A stretch of DNA of 32,059 nucleotides from a virus (Duplodnaviria > Caudoviricetes). A program made the position numbers and the translations under genes. This document shows positions 1 to 6,195 of the stretch, one piece after another (positions within the stretch are counted from its first letter, which is position 1; every line of letters starts with the position of its first letter). The notes under the pieces were generated by a model that did no database searches, was not told where the DNA came from, and worked only from the letters and a program-made list of their open reading frames with translations. The stretch spans positions 1-32,059 of IMG/VR virus record IMGVR_UViG_3300025543_000123; one strand, given 5' to 3'.

Positions 1-44
1 CACATATGATAATACTTATTTTAAAATAAGTATTATCATATGTG
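1..44. repeat. Perfect 44-bp palindrome at contig start (probable fold-back artefact)
   Basis: CACATATGATAATACTTATTTT|AAAATAAGTATTATCATATGTG; bases 1-17 are absent from the second copy of this locus at about 31920-31960. Confidence 0.9.
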
Positions 45-143
45 GTGCACTTTTTTTTAGTTGTGCATCTAGAAAAGTAGATATAAATAAAACAGAAATA
101 AAAAAAGATAGTTTAGTTGAAAAATTAATTACTATTAAAGATA
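18..143 (+). repeat. Terminal direct repeat, copy 1 (126 bp)
   Basis: Identical to 31934-32059; implies a circular or terminally redundant genome of 31,916 bp. Confidence 0.95.
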
Positions 144-496
144 CTATTTCAGAAAAAAAAGAATCTAAAATTAATTATAGTATATTTTCAGATATAAATG
201 AAATAACTATTAAACCAATAGACACATCAAAAGCAATTGAAATAAACGGTATTAAATACAAAAACGTTGTTTTAAGCGTTAAAAATAGTAAAGTTAATAG
301 TTTATACAATAAAGAAGAAATAACATCTAAAAACGTGTCTAAAATAACAACTGAAAAGAATAAGACACATTTAACAACTAAAGAAAATATAAAAGAAAAA
401 AAAGTAAATAAAAAAGCAAATTATTTTGTTTATTTATGGTTACTTATTTTACCATTAATTTATTTTTTATATCGGTCAATTAAGTTTAAAGCATAA
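20..496 (+). CDS. Putative unimolecular spanin / lysis lipoprotein, main part (gene starts at 31930 and crosses the junction; about 160 aa)
   Basis: MNFKISIIICGALFFS-C lipobox, Lys/Thr-rich middle, C-terminal TM YFVYLWLLILPLIYFLY then basic tail; downstream of lysozyme; missed by the ORF track. Confidence 0.7.
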   Translation, partial: FKISIIICGALFFSCASRKVDINKTEIKKDSLVEKLITIKDTISEKKESKINYSIFSDINEITIKPIDTSKAIEINGIKYKNVVLSVKNSKVNSLYNKEEITSKNVSKITTEKNKTHLTTKENIKEKKVNKKANYFVYLWLLILPLIYFLYRSIKFKA

Positions 497-669
497 TTTT
501 CCCTAAAATTTTTGTTCGCTTATTTTAATTTATTTTTGTTTACTTATTTTAAATATATTTTTTAGTTATTTATTTAGTTTTTAAGAACATTACAAATTTA
601 CAGTTTTTTTTTGACAAAATTGCAATGATTTAAATAAAGTTATTAACCGAAATGTTTAAAACGTAATAT

Positions 670-677
670 TACATTTG
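670..677 (+). promoter_or_regulatory. Bacteroidota-type -7 promoter element TACATTTG
   Basis: Matches TAnnTTTG immediately upstream of the NinG-like gene. Confidence 0.45.
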
Positions 678-680
678 TAT

Positions 681-1055
681 ATGAAGAAACCTACTCGTAA
701 ATCTTTAGTTACAAAACTAGATACTGTGTTTAGTCAATACATAAGACGCAAGGATGCGGTGAATGATATTGCTGAGTGTATTACTTGTGGTAAAAAAGAC
801 CATTATAAAAAATTGCAATGTGGTCATTTTATGAGTAGAAGACATTACTCTACTAGATGGGATGAGAATAATGTTGGTGTTCAATGTTATGGTTGCAACA
901 TCACTAATCAGGGTCAACAATATATTTTTAGTCAATATCTTGGTAATAACTTATCTGAAGAAATGTATTTAAAATCAAAACAAATAGTTAAATTTGCTGA
1001 TGTAGATTTAATTGATATGATTGATTATTATACTGAAAAGGTTTCTATGTTATAA
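681..1055 (+). CDS. NinG/Rap-family recombination endonuclease
   Basis: CITCG...QCGHFMSRRHYSTRWDENNVGVQCYGCN zinc/HNH-like pattern; ATG at 681 preferred to TTG at 675. Confidence 0.85.
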   Translation: MKKPTRKSLVTKLDTVFSQYIRRKDAVNDIAECITCGKKDHYKKLQCGHFMSRRHYSTRWDENNVGVQCYGCNITNQGQQYIFSQYLGNNLSEEMYLKSKQIVKFADVDLIDMIDYYTEKVSML

Positions 1056-1080
1056 AATTCTTTCTTTCCTGTTTTAATAT

Positions 1081-1167
1081 GAATAGCATTAGTAGCCACC
1101 GCTCGAAGGGTAATAAATAAGAAGCTACTTTAATATATTGTGGCCGAAATCGCAGTATAATCTATTC
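1081..1167 (+). ncRNA. Candidate structured RNA (three-way junction)
   Basis: GAATAG/CTATTC closing stem, AGTAGC/GCTACT stem, TATATTGTGG/TCGCAGTATA stem with G-U pairs; non-coding and GC-richer than its flanks. Confidence 0.35.
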
Positions 1168-1182
1168 GACTTTTGTTTGTTG

Positions 1183-1209
1183 AAAGCCCCTTTAATTAGG
1201 GGTTTTTTT
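1183..1209 (+). terminator. Intrinsic terminator
   Basis: GCCCCT-TTAATT-AGGGGT followed by a T tract. Confidence 0.85.
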
Positions 1210-1223
1210 ATGCTTAAAAAGTT

Positions 1224-1280
1224 TTAACAAAATTTTAACAAAATTTAAAAATCAATATGTTTAAATATGTTGTATATTTA
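1224..1280 (+). promoter_or_regulatory. Early promoter in front of the cassette array (TTAACA-N5-TTAACA box plus TATATTTA)
   Basis: Same architecture and spacing as 3453-3509, and the same AAACAAATAGAAATTATG leader. Confidence 0.65.
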
Positions 1281-1307
1281 CACCATAGAAATAAACAAAT
1301 AGAAATT

Positions 1308-1535
1308 ATGAAATCAGCAATGAATCAATTAGAAAAATGGATTTTAGATTACGAAAAAGTAAATGGATCTCCAACAATGTGCGAAATTAAATCACAATTA
1401 GAAATGTTTAAAGAAGTTGAAAAATAACAAATTTTTGATGCTTATGATGCTGGAAATGATTTTGATGGAGATTGGGAAGCAGAAGAAAATTATTATAAAG
1501 AAACATTTGGCGACAATATAGAAGCTGGAATATAA
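1308..1535 (+). pseudogene. Cassette A gene with in-frame TAA at 1425-1427; paralogue of 2003-2254
   Basis: MKSA...EK*QIFDAY...AEENYYKETF...EAGI aligns with MKTA...EKQQIMDAR...AEEYYKNTY...QAGI. Confidence 0.75.
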
Positions 1536-1575
1536 CGGATAGCCGCTATAATTTCAGCGTGGAATTATGTAAACT
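1533..1575. repeat. attC-like element 1 (degenerate or truncated)
   Basis: GAATATAAC-GGA left end identical to element 3; only a short ATAATTTC/GGAATTAT hairpin and no intact GTT. Confidence 0.5.
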
Positions 1576-1602
1576 GAACTGCATTTAAAAAACAAAAATA
1601 TT

Positions 1603-1836
1603 ATGAAAGTAAATGGAACAGAATATGGTTTTTCAATTTTTCCTAGCTATGGAAAAGTACAGGCTGAGATATACAAGGTATCTAGTTATAAATTAGATGT
1701 AGAAATGAATATGCATATAAGACTTTTAAATAAAGATTTCGGATCTATTTTTAGAAGTCCAAATGAAAACGATTATAAAAACGCTAGAAAATGGGTTGAT
1801 ATACAAATGAAGTCTATTTTAGACGCTAACGCTTAA
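1603..1836 (+). CDS. Cassette B hypothetical protein
   Basis: 77-aa ORF followed by CTTGCTGTTAAC left end of element 2. Confidence 0.75.
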   Translation: MKVNGTEYGFSIFPSYGKVQAEIYKVSSYKLDVEMNMHIRLLNKDFGSIFRSPNENDYKNARKWVDIQMKSILDANA

Positions 1837-1845
1837 TCTTGCTGT

Positions 1846-1974
1846 TAACGGAATCGCATAACAGAAGTTACGGATAAGTAAATCCTGAAACTCCAAATTA
1901 AAGACTAATAAAACCAAGTACAAACTAAACATTAAATTAATCAACCAAGCCGTAATTACTGTTATGCAGTGTTA
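1846..1974. repeat. attC-like element 2 (129 bp)
   Basis: TAAC-GGAATC-GCATAACAGAAGTTACGG...CCGTAATTACTGTTATGC-AGT-GTTA. Confidence 0.85.
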
Positions 1975-2002
1975 TATTCTTGGCTTTTTAAACGCAAACA
2001 TT

Positions 2003-2254
2003 ATGAAAACAGCAGGACAAGATTTTTTAGAATGGTATAACTATTACGTAAAAAAATACGGATGCTCTCCAAGTGATTACGATGTGAACTATTTTTGGAA
2101 CGGAGGTAATTTAGAAAAAGAAAAACAGCAAATTATGGACGCTAGAATAGACGGAGTTACTAAAAGTTTAGCATTGCCACCTAGTTATTCTATTAAAAAC
2201 GCAGAGGAGTACTACAAGAATACGTATATCGACTCCAACCAAGCTGGAATATAA
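2003..2254 (+). CDS. Cassette C hypothetical protein (alternative in-frame ATG at 1964 lies inside element 2)
   Basis: A-rich leader before ATG 2003; the stop TAA forms the TAAC of element 3. Confidence 0.8.
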   Translation: MKTAGQDFLEWYNYYVKKYGCSPSDYDVNYFWNGGNLEKEKQQIMDARIDGVTKSLALPPSYSIKNAEEYYKNTYIDSNQAGI

Positions 2255-2373
2255 CGGAAGGTTGCTTGGCATCTGTTGCCGATAACGTGAACGGAATTAT
2301 GAAAAATAAATTTAATATTACCAGCGGATTTTCAGCTGAAAAACTAAACGGCAATAGTGCCAAACAACTGTTA
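2252..2373. repeat. attC-like element 3 (122 bp)
   Basis: TAAC-GGAAG-GTTGCTTGGCATCTGTTGCCG...CGGCAATAGTGCCAAACAAC-T-GTTA. Confidence 0.85.
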
Positions 2374-2391
2374 ACAACTGTAATTTTATGA
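2299..2391 (+). CDS. Putative 30-aa leader peptide encoded within element 3
   Basis: MKNKFNITSGFSAEKLNGNSAKQLLTTVIL*; TGA overlaps ATG 2388 (ATGA). Confidence 0.5.
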   Translation: MKNKFNITSGFSAEKLNGNSAKQLLTTVIL

Positions 2392-2693
2392 AAACATCAT
2401 TTTGGATTTTATTTAGTCTATTCTTTATTATTTATAGCTCTAAACCAACATTAAGTATTAAACCATTTGCAATTAGTTTTGAATCTCCTTACACACCATT
2501 CGGTATAATTTTTCTAATACTTTCTCTCAGTTGCTTTCAGTTACAAACAAGAAAAGATACAAAAAAAGAATTAATAAAAACTTACTACGTTGAAGGAATA
2601 AATGACGGATTTGATAAGGCTGTTGAATCAATTAATTTAGAACTAAAAAAACAAGGTAAAGAATCAAAGATAATAATTGAAAGCAACAACTAG
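2388..2693 (+). CDS. Cassette D membrane protein
   Basis: Two hydrophobic segments (FWILFSLFFIIY; FGIIFLILSLSCF). Confidence 0.8.
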   Translation: MKTSFWILFSLFFIIYSSKPTLSIKPFAISFESPYTPFGIIFLILSLSCFQLQTRKDTKKELIKTYYVEGINDGFDKAVESINLELKKQGKESKIIIESNN

Positions 2694-2706
2694 CTATTAT
2701 AGTTGT

Positions 2707-2831
2707 TAACGGAAGGTATCCTTGCTTAGTGGCTGAATTAAAACTATTGCAAACAAATATAAACTAATCATTAAATGCAAAAATTATGAGTAAAGAAAAA
2801 ACAAATGAGCCATTATGCAAGACTGATGTTA
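2707..2831. repeat. attC-like element 4 (125 bp)
   Basis: TAAC-GGAAGGTATC-CTTGCTTAGTGGCT...AGCCATTATGCAAG-ACTGAT-GTTA. Confidence 0.8.
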
Positions 2832-2923
2832 ACAAATTGGTTTGCAAGCACTGTGGTAACAAATTATGCCCAAGTCAAACATTTAATGAGGAATGTTTCA
2901 AGTGTGGTAAAAAGCCTTTGTAG
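2786..2923 (+). CDS. Cassette E 45-aa zinc-ribbon protein starting inside element 4
   Basis: MSKEKTNEPLCKTDV|NKLVCKHCGNKLCPSQTFNEECFKCGKKPL*, two CxxC pairs. Confidence 0.7.
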   Translation: MSKEKTNEPLCKTDVNKLVCKHCGNKLCPSQTFNEECFKCGKKPL

Positions 2924-2935
2924 CAAACTGTTTGT

Positions 2936-3061
2936 TAACGTTCATTATTGTAGCAGTTAAGGAAAAGTACACCTTATGCTTCGATTAAAGACCAAATTTT
3001 AAAAGTACAAAACAATAATCAAATTAATAACCAAAGCCTTAATTGCTACAATATATTGTTG
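2936..3061. repeat. attC-like element 5 (126 bp)
   Basis: TAAC-GTTCAT-TATTGTAGCAGTTAAGG...CCTTAATTGCTACAATA-TATT-GTTG. Confidence 0.85.
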
Positions 3062-3088
3062 TAGGTAGGTTTTTTAACACCACTAATT

Positions 3089-3340
3089 ATGACACCAAAA
3101 GAAGAAGCACAAGATTTAATAGACAAAATGACGATGGAAATAGGTAAATTTAACGCTAAACAATGTGCGTTAATTGCTGTTAATGAAATAATAAAATACC
3201 ACGAATCATTATTTGATAAAGGATTTAAAGATATTCATATTGCACTTTCATCGCCAATAAAAACTTATCTAGATATTATGAATCCTTTATTAAAACACCT
3301 GATAGAAGTAAGAGAAGAATTAAAAAACCTACCTGCGTAA
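3089..3340 (+). CDS. Cassette F hypothetical phage protein
   Basis: 83-aa ORF MTPKEEA...AKQCALIAVNEII. Confidence 0.8.
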   Translation: MTPKEEAQDLIDKMTMEIGKFNAKQCALIAVNEIIKYHESLFDKGFKDIHIALSSPIKTYLDIMNPLLKHLIEVREELKNLPA

Positions 3341-3371
3341 CTTTGGCACCAAAGTTGAGCAAACTTACCTA

Positions 3372-3447
3372 CAACTGCTAATATCGTATAAGCGTAGTAA
3401 ATTTATAAATTATAAAAAGTCTTATTTATTACGTTTATACTAAGTTA
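3372..3447. repeat. attC-like element 6 (76 bp, terminal)
   Basis: CAAC-TGCTAATATC-GTATAAGCGTAGTAAAT...ATTTATTACGTTTATAC-TAA-GTTA. Confidence 0.7.
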
Positions 3448-3452
3448 TAAAA

Positions 3453-3509
3453 TTAACAAAATATTAACAGTTTTAAATAACCAATATTTAAAAAACATTT
3501 ATATATTTG
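3453..3509 (+). promoter_or_regulatory. Early promoter (TTAACA-N5-TTAACA box plus TATATTTG)
   Basis: TAnnTTTG at 3502-3509; direct repeat at 3453-3469. Confidence 0.75.
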
Positions 3510-3536
3510 TACTCAACAAACAAACAAATAGAAATT

Positions 3537-3626
3537 ATGAAAAACAATTTAAAAGATTTCGGAGCATCATTAGTATTTATGTTTATACTAATAACATTAT
3601 ACACAACTTTAATATCACTAATATAA
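3537..3626 (+). CDS. 29-aa hydrophobic peptide
   Basis: MKNNLKDFGASLVFMFILITLYTTLISLI*; first ORF after the promoter, TAATG-coupled to the next. Confidence 0.55.
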   Translation: MKNNLKDFGASLVFMFILITLYTTLISLI

Positions 3627-3805
3627 TGAAAGATTTACTAGATTTCCAAAGGTTTCAAATCCAAAGTTTGCAAAATAGAATATGTGAACTTGAAAATCAA
3701 AACAACATTCTTACTGAATACATTTTTGAAGCTTTAGACGAACAATGTACGCAAGAATATAAGACTATAATAAAAAAAGAAATTTACACCTTAAAACAAC
3801 CTTAA
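3626..3805 (+). CDS. Hypothetical protein (59 aa)
   Basis: MKDLLDFQRFQIQSLQ...; fills the gap, coupled to neighbours. Confidence 0.65.
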   Translation: MKDLLDFQRFQIQSLQNRICELENQNNILTEYIFEALDEQCTQEYKTIIKKEIYTLKQP

Positions 3806-3806
3806 A

Positions 3807-4088
3807 ATGAAAAAAGTTTTATTTTCAGCAATTATTATAACAACGTTATTTAGTTGCACAAATAATGAGTTAATACAAGAGGATTGTAGTTGTGATGAAA
3901 TAGTAAGTAAAAAAGTTTCTGCTGATTATGGTTCTAATCCAAGAGTAATAGTTTTATATCACACAAAAAATTATTGTTCAAATGTAGAAAAAGATTTTAA
4001 TTTAGTAATCGACGCAACTTACTCAGGAGTAATTAATGCGTTAAATGATTCTAGGATTCAAGAAATAGGTAAATGTTATAAAAAATAA
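3807..4088 (+). CDS. Putative lipoprotein
   Basis: MKKVLFSAIIITTLFS-C lipobox, additional Cys residues. Confidence 0.75.
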   Translation: MKKVLFSAIIITTLFSCTNNELIQEDCSCDEIVSKKVSADYGSNPRVIVLYHTKNYCSNVEKDFNLVIDATYSGVINALNDSRIQEIGKCYKK

Positions 4089-4093
4089 ATAAA

Positions 4094-4651
4094 ATGGAAA
4101 ATATGTTATTACAAGAAAAATTATCAATTATTCAAAAAGAATTTAAAGCAAACAAATCAAAATTTAACAGTTTTGGTAAATATAACTTTAGAAGTGCTGA
4201 GGATATATTAGAAGCCTTAAAGCCTTTTAATGAAAAGTATAAAGTTAGTTTTATTATTAAAGAAAAAATGATTAGTTTTGACCCTCCAATTATGTTATCT
4301 GAAGCTATTATTTACGATAATAATGGAGTAAATGAATTATCAGCATCAGCAGTAGTTGGTATCGACTTAGAACAGAAAGGAATGCAAATGCCACAAAAAT
4401 ATGGTTCTGCTAGTTCTTACGCTAAGAAATACGCATTAGGTAACTTACTATTAATTGATGACACACAAGACCCTGATGCAAGTAATAAGCACGACAAAAC
4501 AGAATCAAAAACAGATGATAAAAAATGGTTAAATAAAAATACACCTGAATTTAAAAAAGCAGTTGAATATTTAAAAAATGGTGGTAATATTGTAACCATT
4601 GAATCTAAATATAAAATGACTAAAGAAGTCAAAGAAGAGTTAACTAAATAA
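4094..4651 (+). CDS. ERF-family single-strand annealing recombinase
   Basis: FNSFGKYNFRSAEDILEALKP and GSASSYAKKYALGNLLLIDDTQDPD motifs. Confidence 0.9.
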   Translation: MENMLLQEKLSIIQKEFKANKSKFNSFGKYNFRSAEDILEALKPFNEKYKVSFIIKEKMISFDPPIMLSEAIIYDNNGVNELSASAVVGIDLEQKGMQMPQKYGSASSYAKKYALGNLLLIDDTQDPDASNKHDKTESKTDDKKWLNKNTPEFKKAVEYLKNGGNIVTIESKYKMTKEVKEELTK

Positions 4652-4712
4652 TAATAACTGAAAAGCTGACAACAGTAAAAAAAGGTAAGCAAAGTAAATA
4701 AAAATAAATATT

Positions 4713-5009
4713 ATGAGTGCATTAATTAATTTAAGTTTAAGAGTAGACAAGTTGCCAAAAGAGAAATTTGTTCAAGGAAAAGATGGAGCGGTTTACTATA
4801 ATTTCACAGTTTCAGTAAATGACGATTCAAACCAATGGGGACAAAATGTTTCTGCAATTGATTCACAAACTAAAGAAGAACGTGAAGCTAAAAAGACTAA
4901 AAACTACTTAGGAAACGGAACAGTTGTTTGGACAGATGGTAGTATTAAAACTGCTGAAAAGAAAGCTGAAGCAACTAAAGAAGAAATAGCATCTGACCTG
5001 CCATTTTAG
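4713..5009 (+). CDS. Putative single-stranded DNA-binding protein
   Basis: Follows ERF; acidic C-terminal SDLPF tail. Confidence 0.7.
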   Translation: MSALINLSLRVDKLPKEKFVQGKDGAVYYNFTVSVNDDSNQWGQNVSAIDSQTKEEREAKKTKNYLGNGTVVWTDGSIKTAEKKAEATKEEIASDLPF

Positions 5010-5016
5010 TATTCAT

Positions 5017-5042
5017 AGGGGATGTAAAAGTCCCCTTTTTTT
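5017..5042 (+). terminator. Intrinsic terminator
   Basis: AGGGGAT-GTAAAA-GTCCCCT followed by a T tract. Confidence 0.8.
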
Positions 5043-5056
5043 AAACAAACAAACAA

Positions 5057-5899
5057 ATGGACGAAGAAGCAAAAAGAATGTTAATGCAAATGTATGAGGA
5101 GGAATGTTTTATTAATCCTTTGGAAAAAATAACATATCCTGAGCCTGCAATATCATTCGGAACAAAAGAATACGAAACTAAAGATGGTGTAATTGAATAC
5201 CCAATTCCAATTGGAACTTATGGAAACTTTAGTTTTATACAAGCACCACCAAAATCAAAGAAAACTTTTTTTGTATCATTATTATCTGCTGCATATTTAG
5301 CTGAAAGTTTAGAATCATTTTGTGGTGATTTGAAGTCAAATAGAAATGACAAACATTTGATACATTTTGATACTGAGCAAGGGAATTTTCACGCTGCAAA
5401 TGTGTTTAAAAGACCAATAGATATGACAGGAATAAAAACAAATAAATATCATACATTAGCGTTAAGGCAATTGTCATTCAAAGAGAGAATAGATTTTATT
5501 GAGTATTATCTGTATGATAAATTAGAAGCTAAAAACATAGGATTAGTCATTATAGATGGTATTGCTGATTTATGTAGTGATGTAAATAACATTGAAGAAT
5601 CAAACAATGTAGTTCAAAAACTTATGAAATGGACAAAAGAGTTGAATTGTCATATTATCACAGTAATTCACAGTAATTTTGGTTCAGATAAACCAACTGG
5701 TCATTTAGGTTCATTTTTAGAAAAAAAAACAGAAACACAAATACAACTAGAATTAAATACAGTTAACAAAGGATTAGTTACTGTAAGTTGCAAACGTTCA
5801 AGAAATGCATCATTTGAGAACTTTAGTTTTAAAATAAATAAGTTTGGGTTACCACAAATAGAAGGAGCATTTTATGACCCACTAAAAGATATATTCTAA
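5057..5899 (+). CDS. RecA-fold AAA ATPase / replicative helicase-like protein
   Basis: Deviant Walker A APPKSKKTF, FDTEQG, Walker B IIDGIAD, VIH...GHLGS. Confidence 0.8.
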   Translation: MDEEAKRMLMQMYEEECFINPLEKITYPEPAISFGTKEYETKDGVIEYPIPIGTYGNFSFIQAPPKSKKTFFVSLLSAAYLAESLESFCGDLKSNRNDKHLIHFDTEQGNFHAANVFKRPIDMTGIKTNKYHTLALRQLSFKERIDFIEYYLYDKLEAKNIGLVIIDGIADLCSDVNNIEESNNVVQKLMKWTKELNCHIITVIHSNFGSDKPTGHLGSFLEKKTETQIQLELNTVNKGLVTVSCKRSRNASFENFSFKINKFGLPQIEGAFYDPLKDIF

Positions 5900-6195
5900 T
5901 GAAAACAACAATTAAAAACCATTTAAACGACATACAACTTTCAACTGCTAAAGCATTATTATTACATTCAGACAATAGAGTGTTAATAAGTTTCTTTAAA
6001 GACTTGAATGAAAAGTTGTTATATTTACAACAGTTAACAGAATCGGATTCTAAATATGATTGGATGCAACTTGAATTATTTATGGATGGGTTAATAAAAC
6101 AAGACCCTGAACTAACCAATATTAATATTAATTTTGAAATTCAAGAAGTGCAGTCAGAAAAAAAAGAAGCTAGATTAAAAATAAAAAGTTTTTAA
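5899..6195 (+). CDS. Hypothetical protein
   Basis: 98-aa ORF coupled to neighbours. Confidence 0.7.
   Translation: MKTTIKNHLNDIQLSTAKALLLHSDNRVLISFFKDLNEKLLYLQQLTESDSKYDWMQLELFMDGLIKQDPELTNININFEIQEVQSEKKEARLKIKSF

Larger units (their letters stand above)
1308..3447 (+). mobile_element. Integron-like gene cassette array (6 cassettes; no integrase recognised in the genome)
   Basis: Single ORFs alternate with palindromic YAAC...GTTR elements; cassette ends are mutually complementary. Confidence 0.8.

Noticed and set aside
1-44. Protelomerase hairpin telomere of a linear plasmid-phage
   Set aside because: No TelN-like gene or ParA recognised; the other copy of the locus is continuous and coding.
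1138-1160. Hammerhead ribozyme suggested by GGCCGAAA
   Set aside because: No CUGANGA core nearby.
1425-1427. Stop-codon reassignment
   Set aside because: Single case; TAA ends most genes and long genes are intact in the standard code.
1308-2254. Diversity-generating retroelement TR/VR pair
   Set aside because: No reverse transcriptase; differences between the paralogues are not adenine-specific.
1533-3447. CRISPR array or simple terminators as the explanation of the repeats
   Set aside because: Repeats are not sequence-identical, the intervening units are whole genes, and the hairpins have long loops without U tracts.
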